Source: Solirubrobacteraceae bacterium (GTDB lineage: Bacteria; Actinomycetota; Thermoleophilia; Solirubrobacterales; Solirubrobacteraceae). Taken from it: a stretch of DNA of 64,000 bases. Position 1 is the first letter of the stretch, and the number at the start of each line of letters is the position of its first letter. Location: the NCBI GenBank assembly GCA_025934395.1, contig JAICYC010000002.1, positions 8,420 to 72,419 on the forward strand, in the 5' to 3' direction. Position numbers and translations under genes: made by a program. Of this stretch, positions 8,461 to 18,766 are shown in pieces. A model generated the notes under the pieces. The model saw nothing but the letters and a program-made list of their open reading frames with translations, had not been told where the DNA came from and did no database searches.

Positions 8461-9339
8461 ATGAGACGTTCGTGCAGATCCCTGCTGCTCGCAGCCCCCC
8501 TCGCGCTCGTGCTCGCGGCGGCGCCCGCCACCGCGTCGGCGTGGGCGCCGGCCGGCAGCGCCACGATCCACCCCGGCGTGATGACGTTCACAGGCGGGCC
8601 GTCGTTCCTCGAAGGCGCGGGCCAGTGCACGGCCAACTTCGTGTTCACCGACTCCGCGGGCAACGTGTACCTCGGCCAGGCCGCCCACTGCTCCTCCACC
8701 GGCAGCGACACCGAAACCAACGGGTGCAGCACGAAATCCCTGGCACTCGGCACGCCGATCTACTCCGGCGACATCGTCAACGGGGGCGTCCAGAGAGGCA
8801 CCGAGATCGGCACGCTCGCCTACAACTCGTGGATCGCGATGCAGGGCGCGCACGAGACCGACCCGAACACGTGCGCGTTCAACGACCTCGCGCTGATCAA
8901 GATCCTGCCGTCTCAGGTGGCCAACGTGAACCCCACGATCCCGTTCTGGGGCGGGCCCGACGGGATCGCCCCGGGCGCGTCGAGCACCGGCGAACAGGTC
9001 TACACGTACGGCAACTCGATCCTGCGCCTCGGCGTCTCGGTGCTGAGCCCCAAGACCGGCGTGAGCCTCGGCGACCAGGAAGAATCGGGCGGCTGGAGCC
9101 AGCAGCTCTACACGGTGTCTCCCGGCATCCCCGGCGACTCCGGGAGCGCGTACCTGAACGCCTCCGGCCAGGCACTCGGGGTGCTCTCCACGGTCGAGTT
9201 CGCGCCGCTGCCCGCAGCCAACGGCGTGGGCACGCTGCCGAAGGAGCTCGCATACGCGAACGCGAGCACCGGCCTCGGGCTGCAGGTCGCGAGCGGCACC
9301 ACCGCGTTCAGCGGCCTTCCGGTCCCACCGGCCGAATAG
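8461..9339 (+). CDS. secreted S1-family (streptogrisin/chymotrypsin-like) serine protease
   Basis: Signal peptide MRRSCRSLLLAAPLALVLAAAPATASA. Catalytic triad contexts AAHC, NDLALIKI and GDSGSA. Confidence 0.8.
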   Translation: MRRSCRSLLLAAPLALVLAAAPATASAWAPAGSATIHPGVMTFTGGPSFLEGAGQCTANFVFTDSAGNVYLGQAAHCSSTGSDTETNGCSTKSLALGTPIYSGDIVNGGVQRGTEIGTLAYNSWIAMQGAHETDPNTCAFNDLALIKILPSQVANVNPTIPFWGGPDGIAPGASSTGEQVYTYGNSILRLGVSVLSPKTGVSLGDQEESGGWSQQLYTVSPGIPGDSGSAYLNASGQALGVLSTVEFAPLPAANGVGTLPKELAYANASTGLGLQVASGTTAFSGLPVPPAE

Positions 9340-9382
9340 CGCTCCGGCGGGCCCGCACGGCCGCGCGCCGACCCCACCCCAC

Positions 9383-9413
9383 AGCGCCCCGGTCGCCCAC
9401 CGGCCGGGGCGCT
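9383..9413. terminator. GC-rich hairpin between convergent genes (candidate factor-independent terminator without a U-tract)
   Basis: AGCGCCCCGG ... CCGGGGCGCT forms a 10-bp perfect stem, 44 nt after the protease stop. Only TT follows it. Confidence 0.35.
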
Positions 9414-9452
9414 TCGCGCCCGCCTGCGCCTGCCTCGCGGAGCCGCTGGGCG

Positions 9453-10106
9453 CTACGCGAGCGGCTCGCCGTAGCGCTCGGCGAACGCGAACTCCGCCAC
9501 CGGTTTGCGCGCGAGCTTCGTCGGCCACGGCTCGGCAGGGTGGCCCACGCCCACGTGTGCCGCGACCGCGACGTCGTCGGGGATCGCGAGCAGCTCGCGC
9601 ACCTCCGCCTCGGCGGGCACGAGCAGCGTGGTCATCGCAGCCGCCAGGCCCTCGCCGCGGAGCGCGAGCAGCAGGTTCTGCACGAACGGGTAGATCGATG
9701 CACCACCGACGATGCTCGTGCGCGGGAGGTCGGCGTCGGTGACAGCGAGGTCCGAGAGCTGCACGCCGATCACGAGATGCACGGGTACCTCGGCGAGGCG
9801 CTCGGCGTACTCGTCGGCGCGCCGCACCATCCGCACCCGCACCGGGTCGAACGACCCGGGGTCGGCGAGCATCTGCGCAGCGCCCGTGAGCTCGGTGTAC
9901 GCACGCCAGCGTGGCAGGTAGAGCTCGGCGAGCTTCGCGCGGAGCCCGCCGTCGCGCACGACCACCACGCGCCAGCCCTGGCGGTTGCCGCCGCTCGGCG
10001 CGAAGCGCGCGTTCTCGAGCGCGGCCTCGATCGCCTCGGTCGCGACGGGCTCGTCGCTGAAACGGCGGCTCGTGGGCGTGCAGCGCATCGCCTCGAACAG
10101 GTCCAT
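9453..10106 (-). CDS. nitroreductase family protein
   Basis: 217 aa. N-terminus MDLFEAMRCTPTSRRFSDEPV and APSGGNRQGW, typical of the NADH oxidase/flavin reductase fold. Confidence 0.8.
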   Translation of the reverse strand: MDLFEAMRCTPTSRRFSDEPVATEAIEAALENARFAPSGGNRQGWRVVVVRDGGLRAKLAELYLPRWRAYTELTGAAQMLADPGSFDPVRVRMVRRADEYAERLAEVPVHLVIGVQLSDLAVTDADLPRTSIVGGASIYPFVQNLLLALRGEGLAAAMTTLLVPAEAEVRELLAIPDDVAVAAHVGVGHPAEPWPTKLARKPVAEFAFAERYGEPLA

Positions 10107-10165
10107 GGCGCGCAGACTATTTGACGTTCGCGGAGCCGAGCACCGCGCGCTCCGATCGGGGGCCG

Positions 10166-10786
10166 CTAGCGCTCGACGCGGCGCACGACCTTCGCGGGCG
10201 CACCCACCGCGATCGAGAACGGCTCGATGTCCGATGTCACGACACTGCCCGCGCCGATCACGCAGCGCTCACCGATCGTGACGCCGCTCGTGACCACGAC
10301 GTTCGCGCCGAGCCAGCAGTTCTCGCCGATCCGCGTGGGCCCCTTGCTCGTGAAGCCCTGCCAGGTGATCGGGAGATCGGGATCGTCGAACCGGTGCGCG
10401 GCATCGGAGACGAAGCAGCCGTTGGCGAGCATGCAGTGCGAGCCGATCTCCACGAGCTCGTGCGCGGCGATCATCACGTTGCGGTTCAGGAACGTGCCCT
10501 CACCGATCCGCACCCGTGCCTCCCCGGGCGCGGTGATCCACACGCCCGGCTCGAACAGCGCGCCCTCGCCCACCGCGAGGCGTCCCTCGCGCAGCGCCTC
10601 GAGCACGTTGCCCTCCAGCGGCCAGCGCGCGAACGCGCCCCGGCGCATCAGCTCCCAGTGGATGCGCACGCGGTTCCACGGCAGCGAGTTGCGCTCGTAC
10701 CAGCGCCACTTCTGCGCCCACAGGCGAGCGGCCGCCGCGAGGGCACGGGGGTCCGCGGTCGTCTCGGGCCGGGGCGTGCCGGTCAT
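10166..10786 (-). CDS. hexapeptide-repeat (left-handed beta-helix) acyl/acetyltransferase
   Basis: 206 aa. Imperfect hexapeptide repeats: IGEGTFLNRNVMI, IGSHCMLANGCFV, IGENCWLGANVVV, IGERCVIGAGSVV. Confidence 0.8.
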   Translation of the reverse strand: MTGTPRPETTADPRALAAAARLWAQKWRWYERNSLPWNRVRIHWELMRRGAFARWPLEGNVLEALREGRLAVGEGALFEPGVWITAPGEARVRIGEGTFLNRNVMIAAHELVEIGSHCMLANGCFVSDAAHRFDDPDLPITWQGFTSKGPTRIGENCWLGANVVVTSGVTIGERCVIGAGSVVTSDIEPFSIAVGAPAKVVRRVER

Positions 10787-10861
10787 CCGGGCAGCTTCGC
10801 ACGCAGCCCGGGCGTGCGCCGAGGCGACCCCCGGCAGCCGAGAGCGCTGCGCGCCGCGACG

Positions 10862-13800
10862 CTACGCGGCGGCGGCGAGCTTCGCGCGGCGCTTGCGCGG
10901 CGCGGCGCGCACCTTCGCAGCAGGCTCCACCAGCTCGGCGAGGAACTGCCCCGTATGCGACTCGGGCACCGCCGCGACCTCCTCGGGCGTGCCGGTGGCG
11001 ATCGCGAGGCCGCCCTCCTCCCCACCCTCGGGCCCCATGTCGATGATCCGGTCGGCGCTCTTGATGATGTCGAGGTTGTGCTCGATCACGACCACGCTGT
11101 TGCCGGCGTCGACGAGTCGCTGCAGCACCTCGAGCAGCCGCTGCACGTCGGCGAAGTGCAGCCCGGTGGTGGGCTCGTCGAGGATGTAGAGCGTCCTCCC
11201 GGTCGCGATCTTCGACAGCTCGGTGGCGAGCTTCACGCGCTGCGCCTCGCCGCCGGAGAGCGTGGTGGCGGGCTGGCCGAGGCGGATGTAGCCCAGACCC
11301 ACCGCGTGCAGCGTCTCCAGGCGCCGCCGGATCTTCGGGATGTGCTCGAAGAACCTCAGGGCCTCCTCGACCGGCATGTCGAGCACGTCGGCGATGCTCC
11401 TGCCCTTGAACTTCACCTCGAGCGTCTCGCGGTTGTAGCGCTTGCCGTGGCACTGTTCGCACGGCACGTACACGTCGGGCAGGAAGTGCATCTCGATCTT
11501 GATCTGCCCGTCGCCACGGCACACCTCGCAGCGCCCGCCCTTGACGTTGAAGCTGAAGCGCCCCGGCTTGTACCCGCGCGCCCGCGCCTCCTGGGTCTTG
11601 GAGAAGAGGTCGCGGATCACGTCGAACAGGCCCGTGTAGGTGGCGGGGTTCGAGCGCGGCGTGCGGCCGATCGGCGACTGGTCGACCTGGATGATCTTGT
11701 CGAGCTGCTCGAGACCGTGCACGGAGCGATGCGCGCCCGCGCGGCGGCGCTCGCGGTGCAGGCGGTTGGCGACCGCCTTGAACAGCACGTCGTTGACGAG
11801 CGTCGACTTGCCCGACCCGGACACACCCGTGACGCACGTGAGGACCCCGAGCGGGACGTTCACGTCGATCCCCCGCAGGTTGTGCTGCGCCGCACCCACG
11901 ATCTCCACGTAACCGCTCGGCACGCGCCGCCGCTCGGGCACCTCGATCCGCCGCGTGCCCGCGAGGTACTGGCCCGTGAGCGAATCGGCCACGCGCTGCA
12001 CCTCGACGGCCGTTCCCTCCGCGACGATCCGCCCGCCGTGCTCGCCCGCGCCGGGCCCGAGGTCGACGAGGTGGTCGGCCGCGCGCATCGTCTGCTCGTC
12101 GTGCTCGACCACGATCACCGTGTTGCCGAGGTCGCGCAGCCGCTCGAGCGTGGCGATCAGCTTCGCGTTGTCGCGCTGGTGCAGCCCGATCGAGGGCTCG
12201 TCGAGGATGTAGAGCACGCCCACCAGCGACGAGCCGATCTGGGTGGCGAGCCGGATCCGCTGGGCCTCGCCACCGGAGAGCGTCGTCGCGGCGCGCTCCA
12301 TCGACAGGTACCCGATCCCCACGTTCTCGAGGAACCGCAGGCGCTCGGAGATCTCGCGCAGGATCAGCCGCGCGACGTGACGGTCGGTCTCCGACAGCTC
12401 CACATCCTCGATCCACTCGAGCGCGCGCCGAGCCGACAGCGCGCAGAAGTCCTCGATGCGCGTGCCCGCCACGAGCACCGCGCGCGACTCCGCGCGCAGG
12501 CGCGCGCCGCCGCACAGCGGACACGGTCGCAGCGACATGTACTCCTCGATGCGCTCGCGGCTCCAGTCCGAATCGGTCTCGCGGTGGCGCCGCTCGAGGC
12601 TGTGTACGACGCCCTCGAAGCGCGTCGCGTACGTGCGACGCCGGCCGTAGCGGTTGCGGTAGGTGACCTGCACCGGCACGCCGCCCGTGCCGTACAGGAA
12701 GACGTCGCGCTGGTCGTCGTCGAGGTCCTCCCAGGGCGCGTCGAGGTCGATGCCGTAGCGCTCGGCGAGCGCCTCGGTGACCTGCTCGTAGTAGTTGGAG
12801 CTGCTCGCCGCCCACGGCGCGATCGCGCCCTGGGAGATCGACAGCTCGGGGTTCGGGACGACGAGCTCGGGGTCGATCTCCATCTGCGAGCCGAGGCCCG
12901 TGCAGCGCTCGCAGGCTCCGTGGGGTGAGTTGAACGAGAAGATCCGCGGCTCGAGCTCGACGAGCGAGGGCCCGTGCACCGGGCACGCGAAGCGCTCCGA
13001 GAACGTGTAGATCGTGCCCTCCCCGGGCTTCTCCCCCGGCACGATCTGCGCGGCGGCGGCCCGCGGGCCCTTCGCCCCCTTCGCCCCGCTCGGCGCCGGC
13101 TCGCCCAGCCCGCGCGCGCCCTCCTCCTCGTCCTGGGCGCCACGGCCCGCGCCCACGATCTCGACCTCGACCAGGCCGTCGGCAAGGCCGACCGCGGTCT
13201 CGATCGAGTCCGCGAGACGCTTGCGCACCTCGTGGCGCATCACGAGGCGGTCGACCACGACCGAGACGTCGTGCTTGTAGCGCTTGTCGAGCACGATCGA
13301 CTCCTCGAGCATGCGCACGCGATCGTCGATCTTCACGCGCGCGTACCCGTCGGCGCGCAGCTCGTCGAGCAGCTTCCCGTACTCCCCCTTGCGCCCCCGC
13401 ACGACCGGCGCGAGCACCATGAACCGCGTAGCCTCCGCGAGCTCCATCACCTGGTCGATGATCTGCTCCGCAGACTGGCCCACGATCGGCCGCCCGCAGA
13501 TGGGGCAGTGCGGCTTGCCCACGCGCGCCCACAGCAGCCGCAGGTAGTCGTAGATCTCGGTGACGGTGCCCACGGTCGAGCGCGGGTTGCGCGAGGTCGT
13601 CTTCTGGTCGATCGAGATAGCCGGCGAGAGCCCCTCGATCGAGTCCACGTCGGGCTTGTCCATCTGACCGAGGAACTGGCGCGCGTATGCCGACAGGGAC
13701 TCCACGTAGCGCCGCTGCCCCTCGGCGTAGACGGTGTCGAAGGCGAGGCTCGACTTGCCGGAGCCGGACAGCCCGGTGATCACCGTGAGGGCGTCGCGCG

Positions 13801-13873
13801 GGAGCGAGAGCGAGATGTCCTTCAGGTTGTGCTCGCGCGCGCCGGAGATGACGATCTTGTCGCTGGTGGCCAT
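10862..13873 (-). CDS. uvrA: excinuclease ABC subunit A
   Basis: 1003 aa. Two ABC modules ([14 protein letters not shown] and [10 protein letters not shown]), Zn-finger cysteines and LSGGEAQR twice. Confidence 0.97.
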   Translation of the reverse strand: MATSDKIVISGAREHNLKDISLSLPRDALTVITGLSGSGKSSLAFDTVYAEGQRRYVESLSAYARQFLGQMDKPDVDSIEGLSPAISIDQKTTSRNPRSTVGTVTEIYDYLRLLWARVGKPHCPICGRPIVGQSAEQIIDQVMELAEATRFMVLAPVVRGRKGEYGKLLDELRADGYARVKIDDRVRMLEESIVLDKRYKHDVSVVVDRLVMRHEVRKRLADSIETAVGLADGLVEVEIVGAGRGAQDEEEGARGLGEPAPSGAKGAKGPRAAAAQIVPGEKPGEGTIYTFSERFACPVHGPSLVELEPRIFSFNSPHGACERCTGLGSQMEIDPELVVPNPELSISQGAIAPWAASSSNYYEQVTEALAERYGIDLDAPWEDLDDDQRDVFLYGTGGVPVQVTYRNRYGRRRTYATRFEGVVHSLERRHRETDSDWSRERIEEYMSLRPCPLCGGARLRAESRAVLVAGTRIEDFCALSARRALEWIEDVELSETDRHVARLILREISERLRFLENVGIGYLSMERAATTLSGGEAQRIRLATQIGSSLVGVLYILDEPSIGLHQRDNAKLIATLERLRDLGNTVIVVEHDEQTMRAADHLVDLGPGAGEHGGRIVAEGTAVEVQRVADSLTGQYLAGTRRIEVPERRRVPSGYVEIVGAAQHNLRGIDVNVPLGVLTCVTGVSGSGKSTLVNDVLFKAVANRLHRERRRAGAHRSVHGLEQLDKIIQVDQSPIGRTPRSNPATYTGLFDVIRDLFSKTQEARARGYKPGRFSFNVKGGRCEVCRGDGQIKIEMHFLPDVYVPCEQCHGKRYNRETLEVKFKGRSIADVLDMPVEEALRFFEHIPKIRRRLETLHAVGLGYIRLGQPATTLSGGEAQRVKLATELSKIATGRTLYILDEPTTGLHFADVQRLLEVLQRLVDAGNSVVVIEHNLDIIKSADRIIDMGPEGGEEGGLAIATGTPEEVAAVPESHTGQFLAELVEPAAKVRAAPRKRRAKLAAAA

Positions 13874-13882
13874 CGCTGCGCC

Positions 13883-13888
13883 ATTCTA
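13883..13888 (-). promoter_or_regulatory. candidate uvrA -10 hexamer TAGAAT
   Basis: Minus strand reads GAACATCTGTTCGCAGTCG-TAGAAT-GGCGCAGCG-ATG. The -10 lies 9 nt from the start codon, which implies a very short or absent leader. Confidence 0.45.
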
Positions 13889-13904
13889 CGACTGCGAACA
13901 GATG

Positions 13905-13918
13905 TTCGGGTCCGCCGC
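13905..13918. promoter_or_regulatory. LexA (SOS) box CGAAC-N4-GTTCG upstream of uvrA
   Basis: Perfect palindrome CGAACAGATGTTCG. It matches the Gram-positive/actinobacterial GAAC-N4-GTTC consensus and lies 32 nt upstream of the uvrA ATG, abutting the -10. Confidence 0.75.
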
Positions 13919-13959
13919 CGCGGGAGCGCCGCCGCACGGGGCGCAACGCGCGGAGCGCG

Positions 13960-14397
13960 CTACAGCTCGAGCGCCATGTCGTACCGGTCGAGCCCCGGGG
14001 CGTAGCCGCCGGGCGTGTGCTTCGTGACCACGAACCCGAAGCGCTCGAAGAACGGCCGGCTGTGCTGGCTGGTGTCCATCCGCACGCGGTGCGCGCGCGG
14101 GTCCGCGGCGATCCGGTCGAGCCGCTCCCGGAGCAGCAGCGAGCCGAGGCCGCCGCGGTGCAGGTCGCGCCGGACCATCCCCCACGTGAGCACCGCCACC
14201 CCCTCGGCGTCCACGTCGAAGCCACCGCACGCCACCACCTCGTCGTCGTCGAGAACCACGAGGTAGGTGCCGGGCAGCTCCGCGAGGAACCTCTCGAAGT
14301 CCGCCACCTCCTCCTCGGCGAAGAACTCCGGGGCGTTGCTCGCCATCACGGCCACGCACGCCGCGGTGTGGGCGGGCTCGAACGCGACGATGCGCAC
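13960..14397 (-). CDS. GNAT family N-acetyltransferase
   Basis: 145 aa. Acetyl-CoA motif RRDLHRGGLGSLLL and C-terminal FFERFGF. Confidence 0.8.
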   Translation of the reverse strand: MRIVAFEPAHTAACVAVMASNAPEFFAEEEVADFERFLAELPGTYLVVLDDDEVVACGGFDVDAEGVAVLTWGMVRRDLHRGGLGSLLLRERLDRIAADPRAHRVRMDTSQHSRPFFERFGFVVTKHTPGGYAPGLDRYDMALEL

Positions 14398-14421
14398 GGG
14401 CGCGGGCGCGGGCGCCCCGGC

Positions 14422-15366
14422 CTACCCTTCGATCGCTGCGTAGACCTCGTCGATCAGCGTCTCGCGGTCGGCGAGGTGGAAGTTCTCCTGCAGGTAGCGC
14501 TCCGTGTCGGCACGCGACTCGCCGTTGAGGGCCATGTTGAGCGCGATCAGGCGCGCCCCGTCGAGGTCCTCCGCGTCCGCGGGCGGCGCGGGCGCCGCGG
14601 GAGCCTGCTCGGGGGCGGGCCCCGCGGGCGCGGGTTCCGGGGCGGGCGGCGCGTGTGCCTGTTCGGGGGCGGATGCCGCGGGCGGCGGTTCCGGGGCGGG
14701 CGCCGCATGCGCCTGTTCGGGGGCGGACGCGGCGGGTGCCTGCTCCGGGACGGGCGCCGCGCGGGGTGGCATCGGGGGCAGCGGAGGCTGCGGCGCTGAC
14801 ATCGCGCTCACGAGCTCGGCGTCGAAGTCGCCCGCCACGGGCGCGACGGGCGCTTGCGGCGGCGACGCGAGCGCTCGCCCGGCGGCGGCGTCGTAGAGCT
14901 CGGCCATGTTCGTCTCGACGGCGGAGAGGTCGCCGGCGAGGCGGCCTGCGCCGGCGCGCAGGCTGTCCACGAGCGCGCGCACCTCGGTGTCCATCCCGCC
15001 GACCCGCTCGAGCAGCGTGTTGGCGACCTGGGCCACAGCGGTGACGTGGGCGCGCGCCTTGTCGAGCGCCTCGCGCCTGATGCTCTCCGCGTCGTTGTCC
15101 GCCGCTTCGCGTACATGCCGCGCGTTGTCGAACGCCTGACGCTCGATCTCCGAGGCGGCCTGCTCGGCGGCCTCGACGATCGTCTGCACGTGCATCCCGG
15201 TGCTCGAGGCGAGCGAGGCGTCGGTGCCGCCGCTGAGCACCTTGCGCTGGAGCTCCTCGATCTGCACTGCAAGCGTCCGCAGATGCGCGTCGACCGCAAC
15301 GGGGTCGTACCCGCGCCTGGCGATCGGGAAGTCCTTGCGTTCGACTGCCTGGCGGTCGAGCTCCAC
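14422..15366 (-). CDS. DivIVA-domain protein with a Pro/Ala-rich repetitive C-terminal half
   Basis: Start chosen at GTG 15366 (VELDRQAVERKDFPIARRGYDPVAVDAHL is the DivIVA N-terminal signature). A coiled-coil-like region is followed by PEQA(P/H)A...PAPEP repeats. The upstream part of the track ORF overlaps uvrB and is R/P-rich. Confidence 0.7.
   Translation of the reverse strand: MELDRQAVERKDFPIARRGYDPVAVDAHLRTLAVQIEELQRKVLSGGTDASLASSTGMHVQTIVEAAEQAASEIERQAFDNARHVREAADNDAESIRREALDKARAHVTAVAQVANTLLERVGGMDTEVRALVDSLRAGAGRLAGDLSAVETNMAELYDAAAGRALASPPQAPVAPVAGDFDAELVSAMSAPQPPLPPMPPRAAPVPEQAPAASAPEQAHAAPAPEPPPAASAPEQAHAPPAPEPAPAGPAPEQAPAAPAPPADAEDLDGARLIALNMALNGESRADTERYLQENFHLADRETLIDEVYAAIEG
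14601..14741 (-). repeat. 54-bp imperfect tandem repeat (about 2.6 copies) within the DivIVA-domain gene
   Basis: Units start at 14634 and 14688 (GTTCCGGGGCGGGCG(G/C)CGC(G/A)TG(T/C)GCCTGTTCGGGGGCGGA...), with a partial copy from about 14601. The period is 18 codons. Confidence 0.7.
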
Positions 15367-15376
15367 GCGCGGGATC

Positions 15377-17515
15377 CTAGCTCGGGGCCCTGTCGGTCTC
15401 GCGCCCGGCCGAGGCCCTGCGGCGGTGGCCTGGGCCGTCCTCGCGCTCGCCGTCCGGCTCGGCGCCGGCCTCACCGGCGGCCCGGGGAGCGTGTGCGTCG
15501 GCGGCGTTGATCTCCTGCAGGTCACGGCGCAGCTCGCGCAGCTCGTCGCGGACCTGCGCTGCGTACTCGAACCGGAGGTCCTCGGCCGCGGCGAGCATCT
15601 CCTCCTCGAGCTCCACGGCCATGCGTTCGAGCTCGCCCCTCGGCATCTCGGCGCCGTTGCCCTCGACCGCGCCGCGGCGGCGCCGGCGTTTGCGCCCGCG
15701 CGGAACCTTCGACTCCGACTGCAGGAAGTCGGCGATGTCGGAGATCCCCTTGACGATCGTCGCGGCGGTGATCCCGTGCTCCTCGTTGTAGGCGAGCTGG
15801 ATCTCGCGGCGGCGGTCCGTCTCGGAGATCGCCGCGCGCATCGCCCTGGTCTCCTTGTCGGCGTACATCAGCACGGTGCCGCCGACGTTGCGCGCCGCGC
15901 GGCCGATCGTCTGGATCAGCGAGGTCTCGCCGCGCAGGAAGCCCTCCTTGTCGGCATCGAGGATCGCGACGAGCGAGACCTCGGGGAGGTCCAGGCCCTC
16001 GCGCAGCAGGTTCACGCCGACGAGCACGTCGTACTCGCCGAGGCGCAGGTCGCGGATGATCTGGATGCGTTCGAGCGTGTCCACCTCCGAGTGCAGGTAG
16101 CGCGTCTTGAACCCCATCTCGAGCAGGTACTGGGAGAGGTCCTCGCTCATCTTCTTGGTGAGCGTGGTGACCAGCACGCGCTCGTCGCGGTCCACGCGCG
16201 CGCGCACCTCGTTCATCAGGTCGTCGATCTGGTTGCGCGTCTCGCGGACCTGCACGATCGGGTCGACGATCCCGGTGGGACGCACGATCTGCTCCACCAC
16301 CCGCCGGGACTGGGTGCGCTCGTACTCGCCGGGCGTGGCGGAGACGAACACCATCTGCGGCGTGATCGAGAGGAACTCGTTGAAGGTCTGCGGGCGGTTG
16401 TCGAGCGCGCTCGGCAGGCGGAAGCCGTAGTCGACGAGCGTCTGCTTGCGGGAGCGGTCGCCCTCGAACATGCCGCCGATCTGCGGCACCGTCTGGTGCG
16501 ACTCGTCGATGAAGCACACGAGGTCGTCGGGGAAGTAGTCGATCAGGCAGTAGGGCCGCTCACCGGGCTTGCGGCCGTCGAGGATGCGCGAGTAGTTCTC
16601 GATCCCCGAGCAGAAGCCCACCTCGCGCAGCATCTCCATGTCGTACTGGGTGCGCTGGCGCAGCCGGTGCGACTCGAGCTGCTTGCCTTCGGACTCGAGC
16701 ACCGCGCAGCGCTCGTTGAGCTCGCGGCCGATCTCCTCCACGGCGTTCTCGATCGTGCCCTCCTTGACCGTGTAGTGGGTCGCGGGCCAGATCGCCACGT
16801 GCTCGAGGTCGTCGGCGATCAGCTCGCCGGTGAGCGGGTCGAAGTGCTGCAGCCGCTCCACCTCGTCGCCGAAGAACGTCGCGCGGAACGCCGTCTCGGC
16901 GTACGCGGGGAACACCTCTAGCGTCTCGCCGCGCACCCGGAACGTGCCGCGCGAGAGCACCTGGTCGTTGCGGGTGTACTGGATCGAGACGAGCTTGTGC
17001 AGGAGCCGGTCGCGGTCGAGCAGCTCGCCGCGCTTGAGGATCTGCATGTTCATCTCGTAGGTCTGCGGCGAGCCGAGGCCGTAGATGCACGACACCGAGG
17101 CCACCACGATCACGTCGCGGCGCGCGAACACCGCTGCGGTGGCTGCGTGGCGGAGCCGGTCCACCTCCTCGTTGATCGCCGAGTCCTTCTCGATGTAGAG
17201 GTCGCGGCTCGGCACGTACGCCTCGGGCTGGTAGTAGTCGTAGTAGGAGACGAAGTACTCGACCGCGTTGTCCGGGAAGAACGTCCGGAACTCGTTGCAC
17301 AGCTGCGCGGCGAGCGTCTTGTTGTGCGCGATCACGAGCGTGGGCCGCTGCAGCTCCTCGATCACGCCCGCCATCGTCATCGTCTTGCCGGTGCCGGTCG
17401 CGCCGAGCAGCGTCTGCGCGCGCTGGCCTTCGTTGACGCCCTCGGCGAGCTCGGTGATCGCGCGCGGCTGGTCGGCGGTGGGGGTGAAGACGGCGTCGAG
17501 CTTGAAGTCCGGCAT
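15377..17515 (-). CDS. uvrB: excinuclease ABC subunit B
   Basis: 712 aa. [12 protein letters not shown] box, helicase C motifs, and a C-terminal UVR domain ([21 protein letters not shown]). Confidence 0.97.
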   Translation of the reverse strand: MPDFKLDAVFTPTADQPRAITELAEGVNEGQRAQTLLGATGTGKTMTMAGVIEELQRPTLVIAHNKTLAAQLCNEFRTFFPDNAVEYFVSYYDYYQPEAYVPSRDLYIEKDSAINEEVDRLRHAATAAVFARRDVIVVASVSCIYGLGSPQTYEMNMQILKRGELLDRDRLLHKLVSIQYTRNDQVLSRGTFRVRGETLEVFPAYAETAFRATFFGDEVERLQHFDPLTGELIADDLEHVAIWPATHYTVKEGTIENAVEEIGRELNERCAVLESEGKQLESHRLRQRTQYDMEMLREVGFCSGIENYSRILDGRKPGERPYCLIDYFPDDLVCFIDESHQTVPQIGGMFEGDRSRKQTLVDYGFRLPSALDNRPQTFNEFLSITPQMVFVSATPGEYERTQSRRVVEQIVRPTGIVDPIVQVRETRNQIDDLMNEVRARVDRDERVLVTTLTKKMSEDLSQYLLEMGFKTRYLHSEVDTLERIQIIRDLRLGEYDVLVGVNLLREGLDLPEVSLVAILDADKEGFLRGETSLIQTIGRAARNVGGTVLMYADKETRAMRAAISETDRRREIQLAYNEEHGITAATIVKGISDIADFLQSESKVPRGRKRRRRRGAVEGNGAEMPRGELERMAVELEEEMLAAAEDLRFEYAAQVRDELRELRRDLQEINAADAHAPRAAGEAGAEPDGEREDGPGHRRRASAGRETDRAPS

Positions 17516-17573
17516 CGGCCCGACCTACGTTAGCCCCTCCGCGGGCGCTCCTGAGACGGCCCCGGGCGGTCGC

Positions 17574-18146
17574 TCAGATCCCCAGCTCCTCGGCGTACGT
17601 CGCCCGGTAGAGCTGCTGGGCGGCGAGCACGCGGCGCACGTATTCGCGCGTCTCGGGGAACGGGATCGCGCTCGCCGGCAGCGAGTGGCCACCCGCGTTC
17701 GCATGCGCCACCCAGTTGTCCACGTTCGCGAGCCCGCCGTTGTAGGCGGCCACCGCGAGCATCTCGTCGCCGTGGTAGTGGTCGAGCAGGTAGCGCAGGT
17801 AGTAGCTGCCGTAGGAGATGTTCACGCGCGGCGTGGCGAGGTCGCTGGCGTGGAAGCGCGTGCCGCCGGACAGGTGCGCGAGGTAGTACGCGGTGGCGGG
17901 CAGGATCTGCATCAGCCCCTGCGCGCCCGCCGTCGAGGGGTGCGGTTCGAATTTGCTCTCCGCGTAGATCACCGCTGCGATCAGCGCCGGGTCGAGGTGC
18001 TTCGCGGCAGCCTGTTCGCGGATCACGTCAGCGTTGGTGAGCGGCAGCGACTTGCGCGCGGCCTGGTTGACGCCGAGCGCGACCACCCCCAGCAGGAGCG
18101 CGATCGCGCCGAGCGCGACGACCGTGCCGAGCTTGCGCGTCCTCAT
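17574..18146 (-). CDS. membrane-anchored lytic transglycosylase (SLT domain)
   Basis: Start at ATG 18146 (MRTRKLGTVVALGAIALLLGVV is an N-terminal TM anchor). Catalytic context AVIYAESKF, plus GLMQI and AYNGG. ATGA overlap with the coaE stop. The longer track ORF N-terminus is antisense noise. Confidence 0.85.
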   Translation of the reverse strand: MRTRKLGTVVALGAIALLLGVVALGVNQAARKSLPLTNADVIREQAAAKHLDPALIAAVIYAESKFEPHPSTAGAQGLMQILPATAYYLAHLSGGTRFHASDLATPRVNISYGSYYLRYLLDHYHGDEMLAVAAYNGGLANVDNWVAHANAGGHSLPASAIPFPETREYVRRVLAAQQLYRATYAEELGI

Positions 18147-18739
18147 CTCCTCAGCTTGGCAAGAACCGCCGACAGCTCGCGCTCCAGGTCCGCTTCGGTG
18201 CCGTCGTTGCGCACCACGTAGGTGGCGCGCCCGGCCTTCTCCTCCTGGGAGAGCTGGCGCGCGGCGCGCTCGTCCACGACCGCGTGGCCGCGTGCCGCGG
18301 CGCGGCTCGCACGGACGGCCTCGTCGGCGAGCACCGCGATCGTCGCGTCGTAGATCCCGTCCAAACCCGCCTCGAACAGCAGCGGGACCTCCACCACGGC
18401 AGCTGGCGGAGCGGGCTCCTGCGCGCGCGCCGCCTCCAGCCACTCGGCCACACGCGCCCCCACGAGCGGCCAGATCAGCTGCTCCAGCCACGCGCGGTCC
18501 TCCGAGGTGGCGAACGCGCGCTCCGCCAGCGCCGCGCGGTCCACCGTCCCCCCCGGCGCCACCGTCTCGCCGAAGCGCTCCACGACCGCATCTCGCAGCT
18601 CCGCCTTTCCGTAGAGCTCGTGGACGACCGCATCGCTCGAGATCGTCGCCGCGCCGAGCCGCTGCAGAGCGGCGAGCGCGGTCGACTTGCCCGCGCCGAG
18701 ACCGCCGGTCAGCCCGACGAACGGGACTGCTGAACCCAT
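18143..18739 (-). CDS. coaE: dephospho-CoA kinase
   Basis: 198 aa. P-loop GLTGGLGAGKST. Confidence 0.9.
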   Translation of the reverse strand: MGSAVPFVGLTGGLGAGKSTALAALQRLGAATISSDAVVHELYGKAELRDAVVERFGETVAPGGTVDRAALAERAFATSEDRAWLEQLIWPLVGARVAEWLEAARAQEPAPPAAVVEVPLLFEAGLDGIYDATIAVLADEAVRASRAAARGHAVVDERAARQLSQEEKAGRATYVVRNDGTEADLERELSAVLAKLRR

Positions 18740-18766
18740 CGCCTCACCACGCGCTCGCGCGCGCGG

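Noticed and set aside
10121-12928. 935-aa plus-strand ORF, together with the 1241-aa minus-strand ORF at 10500-14225, overlapping uvrA
   Set aside because: Both are antisense or out of frame relative to an unmistakable uvrA. Their translations are dominated by R/A/G/P/D runs with no motifs, which is typical of stop-codon-poor alternative frames in very GC-rich DNA.
14601-14741. Tandem repeats here, at 143-205 and at 18952-19017, considered as possible CRISPR or minisatellite loci
   Set aside because: The units are contiguous with no unique spacers. Their periods are multiples of 3, and they lie in frame inside the DivIVA-like, tsaD and rpsA genes. They are coding low-complexity expansions, not CRISPR arrays.
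17516-17573. LexA box or other recognisable operator upstream of uvrB
   Set aside because: The 58-nt spacer contains no GAAC-N4-GTTC or other palindrome. My by-eye coordinates in this stretch were also 1 nt off relative to the ORF track, so no site is reported.
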